From assembly GCA_003279765.1 (NCBI GenBank), contig QCHC01000001.1:9519-73518 (forward strand): a DNA stretch of 64,000 nucleotides. The letters run 5' to 3'. Below are positions 19,874 through 29,966 of this stretch, in pieces (within the stretch, counting starts at the first letter, position 1; each line of letters starts with the position of its first letter). This stretch comes from Pelagibacteraceae bacterium AG-390-M19 (lineage in GTDB: Bacteria; Pseudomonadota; Alphaproteobacteria; Pelagibacterales; Pelagibacteraceae). The translations under genes and the position numbers were made by a program. Below the pieces are notes generated by a model. It was given only the letters and a program-made list of their open reading frames with translations, searched no databases and had not been told where the DNA came from.

Positions 19874-20947
19874 ATGGCTAAAAATAAGTACCTGGTACTT
19901 TTACCTGGTATTATACTTGCGTTTGTTCTTTATACATTATCGCAAGGATTTAATAATATTATAGGTATCGAGTTGTTAGGATATAAAAAAAGTCCTATAT
20001 CAACTGCAATGATAGCAATCCTTTTGGGAATGTTCTTTGGAAATATTTTTAAAATAAGAGAAAGTTTTACAAGAGGTTTAGATTTTACCCAAAAAAATAT
20101 TTTAAAACTTGGAATAATTTGCTTAGGTATTCAATTAAAACCTTTTGAGTTTCTTGAATTTGGAGCAATTGCTATTCCTTTAATAGTAATTTGTATCGTG
20201 AGTGTATTAATAGTCATTAAACTTTTAATAAATAGATTAAAAATTCCTAGAAATATGGCCTATCTAATTTCTATAGGAAGTACAGTATGCGGAACAACAG
20301 CCATCATGGCAACTGCTCCTGTTATCGGTGCCAAAAAAAATGAGATATCTTATGCAATTGCAAACATCACTTTGTTTGGAATTCTTTCAATGTTGATTTA
20401 CCCATATTTTGCAAATTTTTATTTTAATGGTGAACCACTTTTAATTGGTTTGTTTTTAGGTACTTCTATACATGAGACTGCTCAAGTAGCAGCTGCTGGA
20501 TTGATCTACGATCAGCAATTCAATAGCCCAGAAACATTAAATGTTGCAACAGTTACTAAACTAATAAGAAATACTTTTTTGATTATTATGATACCTCTTT
20601 TTGCATATCTATATAACAGAGGCCAATCTAAAGAAAAAAAATACTCAATAATTGATATTTTTCCATATTTTGTAATAGGTTTTGTTGCAATGATTATTAT
20701 TCGAAATGTTGGTGATCAACTGTTAATTTCAAACAACAGTGAACTTTGGCTTGGTACTGTAGATGGAATTAAATCTTTATCAAAAATATTTCTAACGATG
20801 GCAATGGCAGCAATTGGTATGTCTACAAATTTAAGAGATATAAAAAATATGGGCTACAAACCTTTTGTTGTTGGTTTTGCAGGTATGGCAACGGTAGGAT
20901 TGGTTAGTATTACAACTATAGAATTATATTTAAATTTTTTTAATTAA
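19874..20947 (+). CDS. YeiH/UPF0324 putative sulfate exporter (SuyZ/TauZ-like)
   Basis: GSTVCGTTAIMA, GTSIHETAQV, VTKLIRN; follows suyB. Confidence 0.85.
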   Translation: MAKNKYLVLLPGIILAFVLYTLSQGFNNIIGIELLGYKKSPISTAMIAILLGMFFGNIFKIRESFTRGLDFTQKNILKLGIICLGIQLKPFEFLEFGAIAIPLIVICIVSVLIVIKLLINRLKIPRNMAYLISIGSTVCGTTAIMATAPVIGAKKNEISYAIANITLFGILSMLIYPYFANFYFNGEPLLIGLFLGTSIHETAQVAAAGLIYDQQFNSPETLNVATVTKLIRNTFLIIMIPLFAYLYNRGQSKEKKYSIIDIFPYFVIGFVAMIIIRNVGDQLLISNNSELWLGTVDGIKSLSKIFLTMAMAAIGMSTNLRDIKNMGYKPFVVGFAGMATVGLVSITTIELYLNFFN

Positions 20948-22023
20948 GATTTAACTAATAATTTTTTTCTAAAGTTTGAGATAAATCGTCTTATTAATGC
21001 TGCTCCAACACCTAAAATAATTGCAAACATAATTGTAAATAGTCCATAAAAGAATGGCATCTCTTTAGAAAAATCAACTATAAATTGAGAAAAGAAATTT
21101 AAATCTGAACTAGTTGCTTTAGCTGCTCCATTTATAATTTTTTCTGCAAAAAAAGTATCGTATGCTATCGCTATACCCACTATCAGTAATAAAATTGCTA
21201 ATAAAGCTCTTAAACCAGAACTATCGATTCTTTCTCCTAATTTTTGTCCGACCTGAACTCCTATAATAGATCCTACAACCAACATAAGAACTAGTAATAA
21301 ATCTATAGATCCATAATTAAAAGAATGAAGAAAAGTAACAACCACACTTACAAATATTGTTACAAACAAAGATGTACCAGGAACTAATTTAGTGGGCATT
21401 TTAATTATATAAATCATTGCTGGAACTAAAATAAACGCACCTCCTATTCCCATGATGGCTGCGATAAAACCAACTAATAGACCGATTATAATTGGAGTAA
21501 AAATACTCTCATATAATTTAGATTTTGGAAACCTCATTCTTAATGGAAGACCATGTATCCAATAATGAACATGTAATTTTTTTTTAACAGTAACGTTTCT
21601 TTTTGCTTTATCTATTTCACCCAAACTTTCAACAAGCATTAAAGTTCCAATTATTGCTAATATATACATATAAGCCAGAGAGATAACTGTATCAATTTTT
21701 CCAATACCTTTAAAATATGTAAATGTATAAATTCCTAAAGAAGTTCCAATTACACCTCCAATCACAATCATTGAACCCATTTTATAATCTAAAGTATTTT
21801 TTAAATAATGTGTCGTAGATCCAGAAACTGAAGTAGCTAAAATATTATTTGCTTCATTTGCAACTGCATATGCAGGAGGTATTCCTAAAAAAATTAGAAA
21901 AGGTGTCATTAAAAAACCACCACCAACACCAAATAAACCTGAAAGCACTCCAACAATAGCACTTAATAAAAGTATCTCGATAGGGTTAACAAAAACTTGA
22001 GCTATCGGTAAAAATACTTCCAT
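20944..22023 (-). CDS. TauE/SafE (TSUP) family transporter
   Basis: GLFGVGGGFLMTP, GIGGAFILVP, PGTSLF. Confidence 0.88.
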   Translation of the reverse strand: MEVFLPIAQVFVNPIEILLLSAIVGVLSGLFGVGGGFLMTPFLIFLGIPPAYAVANEANNILATSVSGSTTHYLKNTLDYKMGSMIVIGGVIGTSLGIYTFTYFKGIGKIDTVISLAYMYILAIIGTLMLVESLGEIDKAKRNVTVKKKLHVHYWIHGLPLRMRFPKSKLYESIFTPIIIGLLVGFIAAIMGIGGAFILVPAMIYIIKMPTKLVPGTSLFVTIFVSVVVTFLHSFNYGSIDLLLVLMLVVGSIIGVQVGQKLGERIDSSGLRALLAILLLIVGIAIAYDTFFAEKIINGAAKATSSDLNFFSQFIVDFSKEMPFFYGLFTIMFAIILGVGAALIRRFISNFRKKLLVKS

Positions 22024-22052
22024 AAAAAATTTAAAGGTTGTTAAAAAACAAC

Positions 22053-22199
22053 TTAGTTAAAAGTGATAAAAGTTCCAACTAAAATCACTCCCCAGTAAGC
22101 TGTTAAGCTAGCTATAATTCCTGCCTTAATAAATGTAGTTTTAAAATTTGAGAGTTTGTTTATAATTTTTATGTTAGAAAGTAACATTAAATCCGTCAT
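22053..22199 (-). CDS. Small membrane protein (44-48 aa), not in the ORF track
   Basis: MTDLMLLSNIKIINKLSNFKTTFIKAGIIASLTAYWGVILVGTFITFN; fills the gap, C-terminal TM helix; alternative start 22187. Confidence 0.5.
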   Translation of the reverse strand: MTDLMLLSNIKIINKLSNFKTTFIKAGIIASLTAYWGVILVGTFITFN

Positions 22200-22255
22200 T
22201 ACACCCACAACGAAATTTGTCAAACAATTATTTATTATTAAGCAATTTTTTTTAT

Positions 22256-22606
22256 CTAGTAGATGGTAGCCCCAAAAACTTTAATTGTATCGTCCTCAAC
22301 TCCTAAAACCAATCTTCCAAGGAACTCTCCTGGGATCTCTTTATTTGTCTGTTTAATTAGAACGGTTATATGATCTCCTCTTCTAAGACATCCAAATGGT
22401 TCGAAAGTCTCTTTAAGATTAGTAATAAGCTTGTTATTGGCCCACTGCTTACCAAGCTCTACTTCATTAGCACCAAAAAGCATTTGAGTGGAAAAATCTT
22501 TAGTAAATCCACCATAATCTTTGAGATTAGATGATTTAACCAAATTATCCCAAATAGGTTTGGCTAATTCAAATATCTCATCGTCTGTTTTAGATAAAAT
22601 ATCCAT
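22256..22606 (-). CDS. Hypothetical protein directly downstream of aprA
   Basis: 116-aa ORF 21 bp after the aprA stop, normal composition. Confidence 0.75.
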   Translation of the reverse strand: MDILSKTDDEIFELAKPIWDNLVKSSNLKDYGGFTKDFSTQMLFGANEVELGKQWANNKLITNLKETFEPFGCLRRGDHITVLIKQTNKEIPGEFLGRLVLGVEDDTIKVFGATIY

Positions 22607-22627
22607 AAAATTTAATTGAAAAGTTTA

Positions 22628-24487
22628 TTAAGAAGCTTTTTTCTTCTCGTTCTCATCCACTATATGGTAGACAGGAACTTTCTCCATACTAAACTTACCA
22701 GTCTTGGGATCTCTTCTTGAAACTGTTAAACAATGCCAATTATCATCATCTAGTTTCATATGATCGCCTCTATAATAATACCCAGGCCATCTAGTTTCTT
22801 CTCTAAACATGGTATGTTCTGTTACACACTGAGATGTTAAAGCCCTGTGCTTAAGCTCCCAAGCTCTCATAAGCTGGTGGTAATCCTCAGCTCCAACGTT
22901 TTCAAGATCTTCCTCAAGCCAAGCTAGCAATTCTAATCCTCTTTTTAGCATATTAGCATTAGTCATATAGTTTGTAGCTATTCCACCCACATATTCATCC
23001 ATTATTCTTTGTAAACGCTGCAAGCCTTGAATAGGTGAAATATAGCTTGGAGATACAGTTCCTCCAGTAATCTCATTTTGAGCAACTGTATAGTTTTCTA
23101 AAGGTTTATAAACTTTAACTTTAAAATCTTCACATTGTTTGTCTGATACCTTTAAGCCCTCAGCCTTTTTGTCTTCAATGTATTTGACAGCTGCTTTTGC
23201 CGCTAATCTACCTTCAGTAAATGAGCCTGAAGAAAATTTGTGAGCGCTTCCACCTACAGTATCACCGGCTCCAAATAGTCCATCAATTGTTAACATTCTG
23301 TTATAGCCCCAGAAGTACTCTGGTGGAGACAAGTCCTCTGGTCCACTTACCCAAGCTCCAGAACAAGTAGCGTGAGAACCCATCACGTAAGGTTCTGAAG
23401 TTGTTAATTCAGGATTTGTATATTTCGGGTCAATATTTTGAGATGCCCAAACAACAGCTTGACCTACTGTCATTCCTAAAAAGTTTTCCCAACCAACAGT
23501 TTCTAAATGCGGGTCTTGAAAAGCCTCAGTAGTAACCATGTGAATTGGTCCGCCACCTGCCATTGTTTCTTGAATAAAAGCATGATTTCTTAAACACGTA
23601 GGTGTTGGATGGTGATCTATATATTCACCTACTAATTCTTTAGTTTGGTCATACCATTTCTTCTCGTAGTTTTCACCGTTTGCATTTTGTGTATATGTTT
23701 TTAAATGTAGAAAATATGCTCCAACAGGTCCATATCCATCTTTAAATCTACATAACACAATTCTATTTTCCATTTGGGTCATTTTAGCACCAGCTGCAAT
23801 TGGTAATGCGTATGCTGAACCATTACTCCAAGGAGCATACCAAGTTCTTCCCATACCTTCTCCAACAGCTCTAGGCTTAAATATATGTGAAGCTCCTCCT
23901 GCTGCAACAATTACAGCCTTTGCTCTAAATACATGGAAATCGCCTGTTCTCATATTAAATCCAACAGCTCCACCCACTCTATTCTCTTGAGCCTCATCCA
24001 TTAAAAGATGAGTGATCATAATTCTGTTATAAATTTTGTCTGCAGATTTTTTTGCTGCTTCTGCAACAATTGGCTTATAACTTTCACCGTGGATCATTAT
24101 CTGCCACTTACCTTCTCTTAAATATCTTCCAGTCTCTTCATTTTTCATCATAGGAAGACCCCATTCATCAAACATATGAACAGTTGAATCTACATGACGA
24201 GCCATGTCATATCCTAAATCTTCTCTAACCATTCCCATCAAATCATTTCGTGCGTATCTGACGTGATCTTCAGGTTGATTTTCACCCCACTGCATACCCA
24301 TGTAACAGTTAATTGCGTAAAGACCTTGAGCTACTGCCCCACTTCTATCAATGTTTGCTTTTTCAACACAAACAATTTTCATATCTCTGCCCCAGTGCCT
24401 CGCTTCAAAAGTTGCACCAGTACCAGCCATACCTCCACCAACAACTAATACATCGCAGTCTTCGTAATGAGTTTTGTGCTTAGCCAT
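22628..24487 (-). CDS. aprA: Adenylylsulfate reductase alpha subunit
   Basis: RSGAVAQGLYAINCY, WQIMIHGESYKPIVAE, HKFSSGS, REETRWPGYYYR. Confidence 0.97.
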   Translation of the reverse strand: MAKHKTHYEDCDVLVVGGGMAGTGATFEARHWGRDMKIVCVEKANIDRSGAVAQGLYAINCYMGMQWGENQPEDHVRYARNDLMGMVREDLGYDMARHVDSTVHMFDEWGLPMMKNEETGRYLREGKWQIMIHGESYKPIVAEAAKKSADKIYNRIMITHLLMDEAQENRVGGAVGFNMRTGDFHVFRAKAVIVAAGGASHIFKPRAVGEGMGRTWYAPWSNGSAYALPIAAGAKMTQMENRIVLCRFKDGYGPVGAYFLHLKTYTQNANGENYEKKWYDQTKELVGEYIDHHPTPTCLRNHAFIQETMAGGGPIHMVTTEAFQDPHLETVGWENFLGMTVGQAVVWASQNIDPKYTNPELTTSEPYVMGSHATCSGAWVSGPEDLSPPEYFWGYNRMLTIDGLFGAGDTVGGSAHKFSSGSFTEGRLAAKAAVKYIEDKKAEGLKVSDKQCEDFKVKVYKPLENYTVAQNEITGGTVSPSYISPIQGLQRLQRIMDEYVGGIATNYMTNANMLKRGLELLAWLEEDLENVGAEDYHQLMRAWELKHRALTSQCVTEHTMFREETRWPGYYYRGDHMKLDDDNWHCLTVSRRDPKTGKFSMEKVPVYHIVDENEKKKAS

Positions 24488-24957
24488 TAGTAATAAACTC
24501 CTTTTTTAAAAGACTCTTTTGGAACTGCAGGAAGTTCACCGTCGATATTTAGTCCTTCAGGTTCGGTGTATAATCTTTGTGAATTTAATTCTCCTTGTTT
24601 AATTTTTTCACCATCTGCAAGTTTAGGAATAAATTTTCCCCATGGTTTTGTTGTTATTGGTGAAACAAAGTCTTTTGTTGTTCCATTTCTAAATTTAATT
24701 TTCCAAGAAATAGTTCCTTTTTCTTCTTCACGTCTTACTCTAACGCTATGTCCCATTGGAGCAAAATCTGCATAACCTCTTACGTCAATCGCATGATTTG
24801 GGCATGCTTTTACACATGAATAGCATTCCCAACAAAAATTTGGTTCTATATTTTTTGCACGTCTAATATTTTCATCAATGTGCATTATATCTGATGGACA
24901 AATATCTACGCAGTGACCGCATCCATCACATCTAGTCATATATACAAAAGTTGACAT
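24487..24957 (-). CDS. aprB: Adenylylsulfate reductase beta subunit
   Basis: CDGCGHCVDICPSDIM, CWECYSCVKACP, VRGYADF. Confidence 0.97.
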   Translation of the reverse strand: MSTFVYMTRCDGCGHCVDICPSDIMHIDENIRRAKNIEPNFCWECYSCVKACPNHAIDVRGYADFAPMGHSVRVRREEEKGTISWKIKFRNGTTKDFVSPITTKPWGKFIPKLADGEKIKQGELNSQRLYTEPEGLNIDGELPAVPKESFKKGVYY

Positions 24958-24988
24958 AATTTATTTTCTTTCCTTTTTTGTTATCATA

Positions 24989-25783
24989 TTAATAATGTTT
25001 TGGCTCTTCTCTTTTTATTCCTAGGCCAAATTGCTCAGGCGCATCTGCAGGAGGTGGTAAATTATCTCTAGAACCATCTGCTTCAGCCAAATTTTTCTGT
25101 ATTGCTGCTCCAGGCTTATAGAACATATGAGCAAATTTCGACCAATAAACTCCACCAAATAAAACTAAATTAGAAACTACAAACAATGCAAAAAATAAGA
25201 ATGACAAACCTACTTGACCATTAAATTGAGTATAAGACCAAGCTAGTCCAAAAGTTGAACATGCTAATAATGCAAGAACAAATAAATCAGCTTTAATAAT
25301 TCTATACCAAGGGTGTGCTTCGGCAGAAACATCTACTCTTAAAAAAAACCAAAACCAAAATCCACCGACACATGTAAGTATTGCACCTACATGCCATAAC
25401 ATTGACCACAGTGTAGAAGAAGTTTTATCTACACCTGTATAACAAAACACTAACATTGCTGAAGCAATCCAAAAGATTATAGTTCCATACATACCAAGAA
25501 CATGTGCTAACCTTCTTTTTCCAAAACCTAATTCTGATGTTGTTCCAATGTCATAAACAGTAGTCTTAGCAATAATTTTTGCCTTCTCAGCAGCTCCAAC
25601 CTCTCTTGTTGCCTGCAATTTGGCTTTTTTTGCATTATTAAAGAAATAAGTTAAATTTTTGTGGTGTATCATCTGAATAATTGTTCCAAAAGCAATTAAA
25701 AGAACCATTGCAATTATAAAACCTTGCATAACAGCAGCAGGAACTACTTCTGATAATAACGAAAATGGATTTGTTTCAAGCAT
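24989..25783 (-). CDS. aprM: APS reductase membrane anchor
   Basis: TM protein upstream of aprB; AHVLGMYG, WSKFAHMFYKP, GLGIKRE. Confidence 0.9.
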   Translation of the reverse strand: MLETNPFSLLSEVVPAAVMQGFIIAMVLLIAFGTIIQMIHHKNLTYFFNNAKKAKLQATREVGAAEKAKIIAKTTVYDIGTTSELGFGKRRLAHVLGMYGTIIFWIASAMLVFCYTGVDKTSSTLWSMLWHVGAILTCVGGFWFWFFLRVDVSAEAHPWYRIIKADLFVLALLACSTFGLAWSYTQFNGQVGLSFLFFALFVVSNLVLFGGVYWSKFAHMFYKPGAAIQKNLAEADGSRDNLPPPADAPEQFGLGIKREEPKHY

Positions 25784-25895
25784 TTTACCCTTATGTATAA
25801 TTATTTTAAATAATTTTAAAGTTTTCTAGTCTAGATAACTCATCATATCAACAAAAACTATTGATAAATTTGTCTTTAATAACAATTAAAAATAT

Positions 25896-26291
25896 TTACT
25901 TTCTTTTGTAATGTTGTTTTTTTGGGATCACAGACCTAACACCTCCTTGCGGATTCTCCACATCCCCTTCTCTTCTTGGGATTAAATGAATATGACAATG
26001 CATAATTGATTGGCCTGCAGATTTTCCTGCATTTGTGCCTATATTGAAACCTTTAACACTAGAATCTTGTTTTAAAATTTTTTCTTTAGTTTTTAAGATT
26101 AACTCGTTACATGCCTGAATTTCATCTTTAGTAAGCTCAAAATATGTCTCTACATGTCTTTTAGGAACGATAAGACTATGAAATTGTGAGACAGGGTAGC
26201 TATCTGTGGATGAATAAGCCAATTGGTTTTCAAACTGAAGTTCCTCTTTTCTGATTTTACAAAATATACAAGGATTGTTTGGATCTTTCAT
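25896..26291 (-). CDS. HIT family nucleotide hydrolase
   Basis: CIFC, FNIGTNAGKSAGQSIMHCHIHLIPR histidine triad. Confidence 0.92.
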   Translation of the reverse strand: MKDPNNPCIFCKIRKEELQFENQLAYSSTDSYPVSQFHSLIVPKRHVETYFELTKDEIQACNELILKTKEKILKQDSSVKGFNIGTNAGKSAGQSIMHCHIHLIPRREGDVENPQGGVRSVIPKKQHYKRK

Positions 26292-26293
26292 AT

Positions 26294-27037
26294 TTAAACA
26301 AGAGAGTTATATATTTTATTTAACTTAGTGTAGCAAACAATCTTTCTTCTCTTCCATTTAAGATTGTTTATTTTTGATACTGATGTTACCCCTTTGCCAG
26401 ATCCGATTAAAATTATTTCTTCGTAATCATTAATTGATTTTATTGAAATATCTTTAAAATTAATTTTAATTTTCTTGCTTATAAATTTAAGTGTGTTTCC
26501 AAAATAACAATTTTTTTTTGGCGAAAAAATCTTTCCATTTTTCACAAAAACTAAATTTGAAGTACCAGTTTCTAAAATTTTATCTTTTGCTACTAGAGCA
26601 ATATCAAATTTAGAGGAGTCAACCTTGCTTAATTTTGCTAATATTTTTTTATAATAGAGATTTTTATAATTTGGTTCTACTCGTTTATATTTAAACAATA
26701 AAAGATTAAAATTACTTTTTGGTTTTGGTCTTTTTCTAATTGAGACTGATATCAGTTTTTTATTTAAAGCTATACGAAATAAATTATCAGGGCCTTTGTA
26801 TAGAGTATTTTTGTTAATTAAATCTTTAATAATGTTTTTTAAATTGTTTTTTCTTATTCCATATTTTTTTGTTGATTTTATTAAATTTTCTAAATGCAGT
26901 TTTAACAGAATTAACTTAGGAGGTTTTCCAACCATTCTCATTGTGGTGAATACACCTCTAGACCCCCAAAGGTCTTTAAAAGTAACTTCTTTAAGATTAT
27001 TAAGCTGATAAGATTTTTTTAATAAGAGTGTTGGCAT
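26294..27037 (-). CDS. pabC: Aminodeoxychorismate lyase-like (class IV PLP enzyme)
   Basis: GVFTTMR, ILETGTSNL; follows pabB-pabA. Confidence 0.7.
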   Translation of the reverse strand: MPTLLLKKSYQLNNLKEVTFKDLWGSRGVFTTMRMVGKPPKLILLKLHLENLIKSTKKYGIRKNNLKNIIKDLINKNTLYKGPDNLFRIALNKKLISVSIRKRPKPKSNFNLLLFKYKRVEPNYKNLYYKKILAKLSKVDSSKFDIALVAKDKILETGTSNLVFVKNGKIFSPKKNCYFGNTLKFISKKIKINFKDISIKSINDYEEIILIGSGKGVTSVSKINNLKWKRRKIVCYTKLNKIYNSLV

Positions 27038-27557
27038 TTTCTGTTAAAAAAGATTCTGGATGAAATTGAAATCCATATATTTTGTTTTGATTATCCTCAA
27101 GACCCATTGGTATTTTTGTTTTACTGCATCTCATAGTTATTTTAATTGAATTCGATTTAAAAGGCTCCATTAATTTTAATGAGTGATATCTTCCTACTTT
27201 AAACTGTTGATTGTTTTTAAAGATTTTGCTGTGATTATTTGTTTTTATTTTAGATTGAAAGCCATGATATATTTTTTTTTGCTGTATTATTTTGCCTCCT
27301 TCATTATGTAAAATCAATTGATATCCAAGACAAATACCAATAATTTTTTTCTTTCCTTTGTATTTTTTATAAATTTTTGAAGTAGCGGGATAATCCTTTG
27401 GTGATCCAGGTCCTGGGGATAAAATAATCACATCACTTTTATCAAGTAATTTTTTATTTACCTCGTAATAATTTGAACAAATAACTTTATCAAATTTTGC
27501 AAATTGATGAACAACATTCCAAGTGAAAGAATCTTGATGATCAATTATGTAAATCAT
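27000..27557 (-). CDS. pabA: Aminodeoxychorismate synthase glutamine amidotransferase
   Basis: DSFTWN, SPGPGSP, GICLG, RYHSL, QFHPES. Confidence 0.85.
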   Translation of the reverse strand: MIYIIDHQDSFTWNVVHQFAKFDKVICSNYYEVNKKLLDKSDVIILSPGPGSPKDYPATSKIYKKYKGKKKIIGICLGYQLILHNEGGKIIQQKKIYHGFQSKIKTNNHSKIFKNNQQFKVGRYHSLKLMEPFKSNSIKITMRCSKTKIPMGLEDNQNKIYGFQFHPESFLTENANTLIKKILSA

Positions 27558-28768
27558 TTAAATAACTCCAATAAAGATTTTGCTTTAATATAATTTTCAT
27601 TAAACTCTTTTTTTGGTGAGCTATCTAATACTACACCAGATGCAGCAGAGATCTCCGATTGATTTTTATAATTTAATATTGATCTAATTATAATATTAAA
27701 CTTCATATCTTGATTAAATTTAATAAATCCAAAACTTCCTGTAAAAATATTTCTACTTTCTTTTTCTTGGTTGTTTAAAAGTTCTAGAGTTCTAATTTTA
27801 GGGCAGCCTATTACAGACCCTCCCGGCATCATTGCTTTAATGATATCAATTAATTTTGTATTCTTATTTAATATTCCACCAATTGAAGTTACATAATGAA
27901 AAAGATGCTTGTACTCCTCAACATATTTTTTTTTAAGTATTTTTACACTTCCTGGTTTACAAATTTTGGATAAATCACTTCTTTCCATGTCAACTATCAT
28001 GTTGTGTTCTTTAGTTTCTTTTTCATTATTTTTAAAATATCTAAGAGCTATATTTTTATTTGATAATAATTTTTTCTTGAAAGTGCCAGCTATTGGTTTT
28101 GTTATAATTTTGTTTTTTTTCTTATCAATTAATGTTTCAGGAGAGCAACTTACTATGGAGTAATCCTTATCTTTTATCATAAATGACTCTGGGGAAGCAT
28201 TAACACGCATTAATTTCCAAAAAAAATTAACAGGATTAATTAATGATTTATTCTTGTATTTTGTGCAAATTTTAATTTGATAAGTCTCACCTTGTCTAAT
28301 TTTTTTTGAAAATAGTTCGAATATTTTTTTATATTTTACATAAGAAATATTAATTTTGAAAGGACTTAGTATTTGAGTTTTATTGAATTGATAATTAAAG
28401 GTGTGTTTTTTGATATTAGATATAACTTTAATATCTTTCCTAATTTTAATTATTGTCTCAGGTTTGTAAAAAATTCCTTTATAAAAATTTATTCTTTTTT
28501 TATTTTTTAAATTAATACCAATTAAATTACATAAAATTTCATAACCAAAAAAACCAAGATATAAATCTGTTTCTTTTTTATATTTTTTTTTATCTATAGA
28601 TTTAAGAAATTTATGTATATTTTTTTTTGTTAAAATGATCTTTTTAGAAAAATCAGTATAAATATTGTATCCGCCATCTACTTTATAAATTATTAAAGGC
28701 TTATCTGATTGATACAGATCCTCTAGAAAAGGGTTAAATTTAAACTTATACTGGCTGAGTTCTTTCAA
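27554..28768 (-). CDS. pabB: Aminodeoxychorismate synthase component I
   Basis: SPE, TKPIAGT, EHNMIVDMERSDL, PGGSVIGCPK, SGVVLDS. Confidence 0.8.
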   Translation of the reverse strand: MKELSQYKFKFNPFLEDLYQSDKPLIIYKVDGGYNIYTDFSKKIILTKKNIHKFLKSIDKKKYKKETDLYLGFFGYEILCNLIGINLKNKKRINFYKGIFYKPETIIKIRKDIKVISNIKKHTFNYQFNKTQILSPFKINISYVKYKKIFELFSKKIRQGETYQIKICTKYKNKSLINPVNFFWKLMRVNASPESFMIKDKDYSIVSCSPETLIDKKKNKIITKPIAGTFKKKLLSNKNIALRYFKNNEKETKEHNMIVDMERSDLSKICKPGSVKILKKKYVEEYKHLFHYVTSIGGILNKNTKLIDIIKAMMPGGSVIGCPKIRTLELLNNQEKESRNIFTGSFGFIKFNQDMKFNIIIRSILNYKNQSEISAASGVVLDSSPKKEFNENYIKAKSLLELFK

Positions 28769-29966
28769 TTGCTTTCTCTACTATAGGTAAGTGTATCAGA
28801 CCTGCAAATAATGATAATGCGATAGATCCGTACCATGCATAGTCAAAATTTCCATATAATTCATAAAATACACCACCTAGATAAGCTCCTAAGAAAGAAC
28901 CAATTTGATGGCTTACAAAAACTATCCCATATAATAATCCAACGTATTTTGTGCCAAATATATGAGCAACAATTCCATTTGTTGGAGGAACTGTAGATAG
29001 CCATAAAAAACCAAAAGTAACTCCAAAAACAACAGAATTAAATATACTTGGCGGAAGGAAAATAAAATAAATAATTGAAACTCCTCTCAAAAGGTAAATT
29101 GCACTTAATATTTTTTTCTTACTATATCTTGTTGCTAAATAACCACTCGTAATTGTACCTGCCATATTAAATACACCAATCAAAGCTAGAACCATTGCAG
29201 GTGTCCAGTTAGGTAAACCTTTGTCTGCCATATAAGTAGGAATATGTGTTGCTACTAAAGCAATATGCCAACCACAAACAAAAAAGCCTAAGGTAAGATA
29301 AATAAAACTTTTGTTTGCAAATGCCTCTTTTAAAGCTTCACTCGCAGTTTGATTATTATCTTGATTAACTCCTACAGGTATTTTTGGAGTACTAACAAAT
29401 AAAGATACTATCAAGCCAACTCCTAAAAGAAGGCTAAAATACAAAAGAGTATTTTCCCAACCTGTTTCAACTAGAGAATATCTTACAAGTAAAGGTGAAA
29501 CAAAATATCCAAAAGATCCTGCGCAAGTAACTATACCTGTTGCAATAGTTCTATTAGAAGCTGGAAAATGTTTTGCTACAACTGATACTGGGATACCTAT
29601 GGCTGTGGAACCTAACCCAATTCCAATCATTACTCCTATAGTTAGTGTAAAATAACCTCCAGTATTAAAACCAGAATAAAAAAATAAAACCCCTACTAAA
29701 TAAAAAATAAAGCCAATAAATATTGCAACTGCTCCTCCATACTTATCAGTGATTACACCAAATAATGGACTGAAGACTCCCCAAAGCAACAACTGCAACC
29801 CCATAACAAATCCAAAATGAGAAATTGAAATATCTAAGTCGGTATTAAAATCAAAATAAAACAAACCAAAGGTCTGTCTTATGCCTAAAGAAATAATTAC
29901 TACTATCGATGCTGCTATTAAAGTAATTAGTGCTTTTTTACTTATAATAAAATTTTCTGAACTCAT
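28746..29966 (-). CDS. MFS transporter
   Basis: 12 TM pattern; GIRQTFGLF, GFFVCGWH, WLSTVPPT, SHQIGSFLG. Confidence 0.9.
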   Translation of the reverse strand: MSSENFIISKKALITLIAASIVVIISLGIRQTFGLFYFDFNTDLDISISHFGFVMGLQLLLWGVFSPLFGVITDKYGGAVAIFIGFIFYLVGVLFFYSGFNTGGYFTLTIGVMIGIGLGSTAIGIPVSVVAKHFPASNRTIATGIVTCAGSFGYFVSPLLVRYSLVETGWENTLLYFSLLLGVGLIVSLFVSTPKIPVGVNQDNNQTASEALKEAFANKSFIYLTLGFFVCGWHIALVATHIPTYMADKGLPNWTPAMVLALIGVFNMAGTITSGYLATRYSKKKILSAIYLLRGVSIIYFIFLPPSIFNSVVFGVTFGFLWLSTVPPTNGIVAHIFGTKYVGLLYGIVFVSHQIGSFLGAYLGGVFYELYGNFDYAWYGSIALSLFAGLIHLPIVEKAIERTQPV

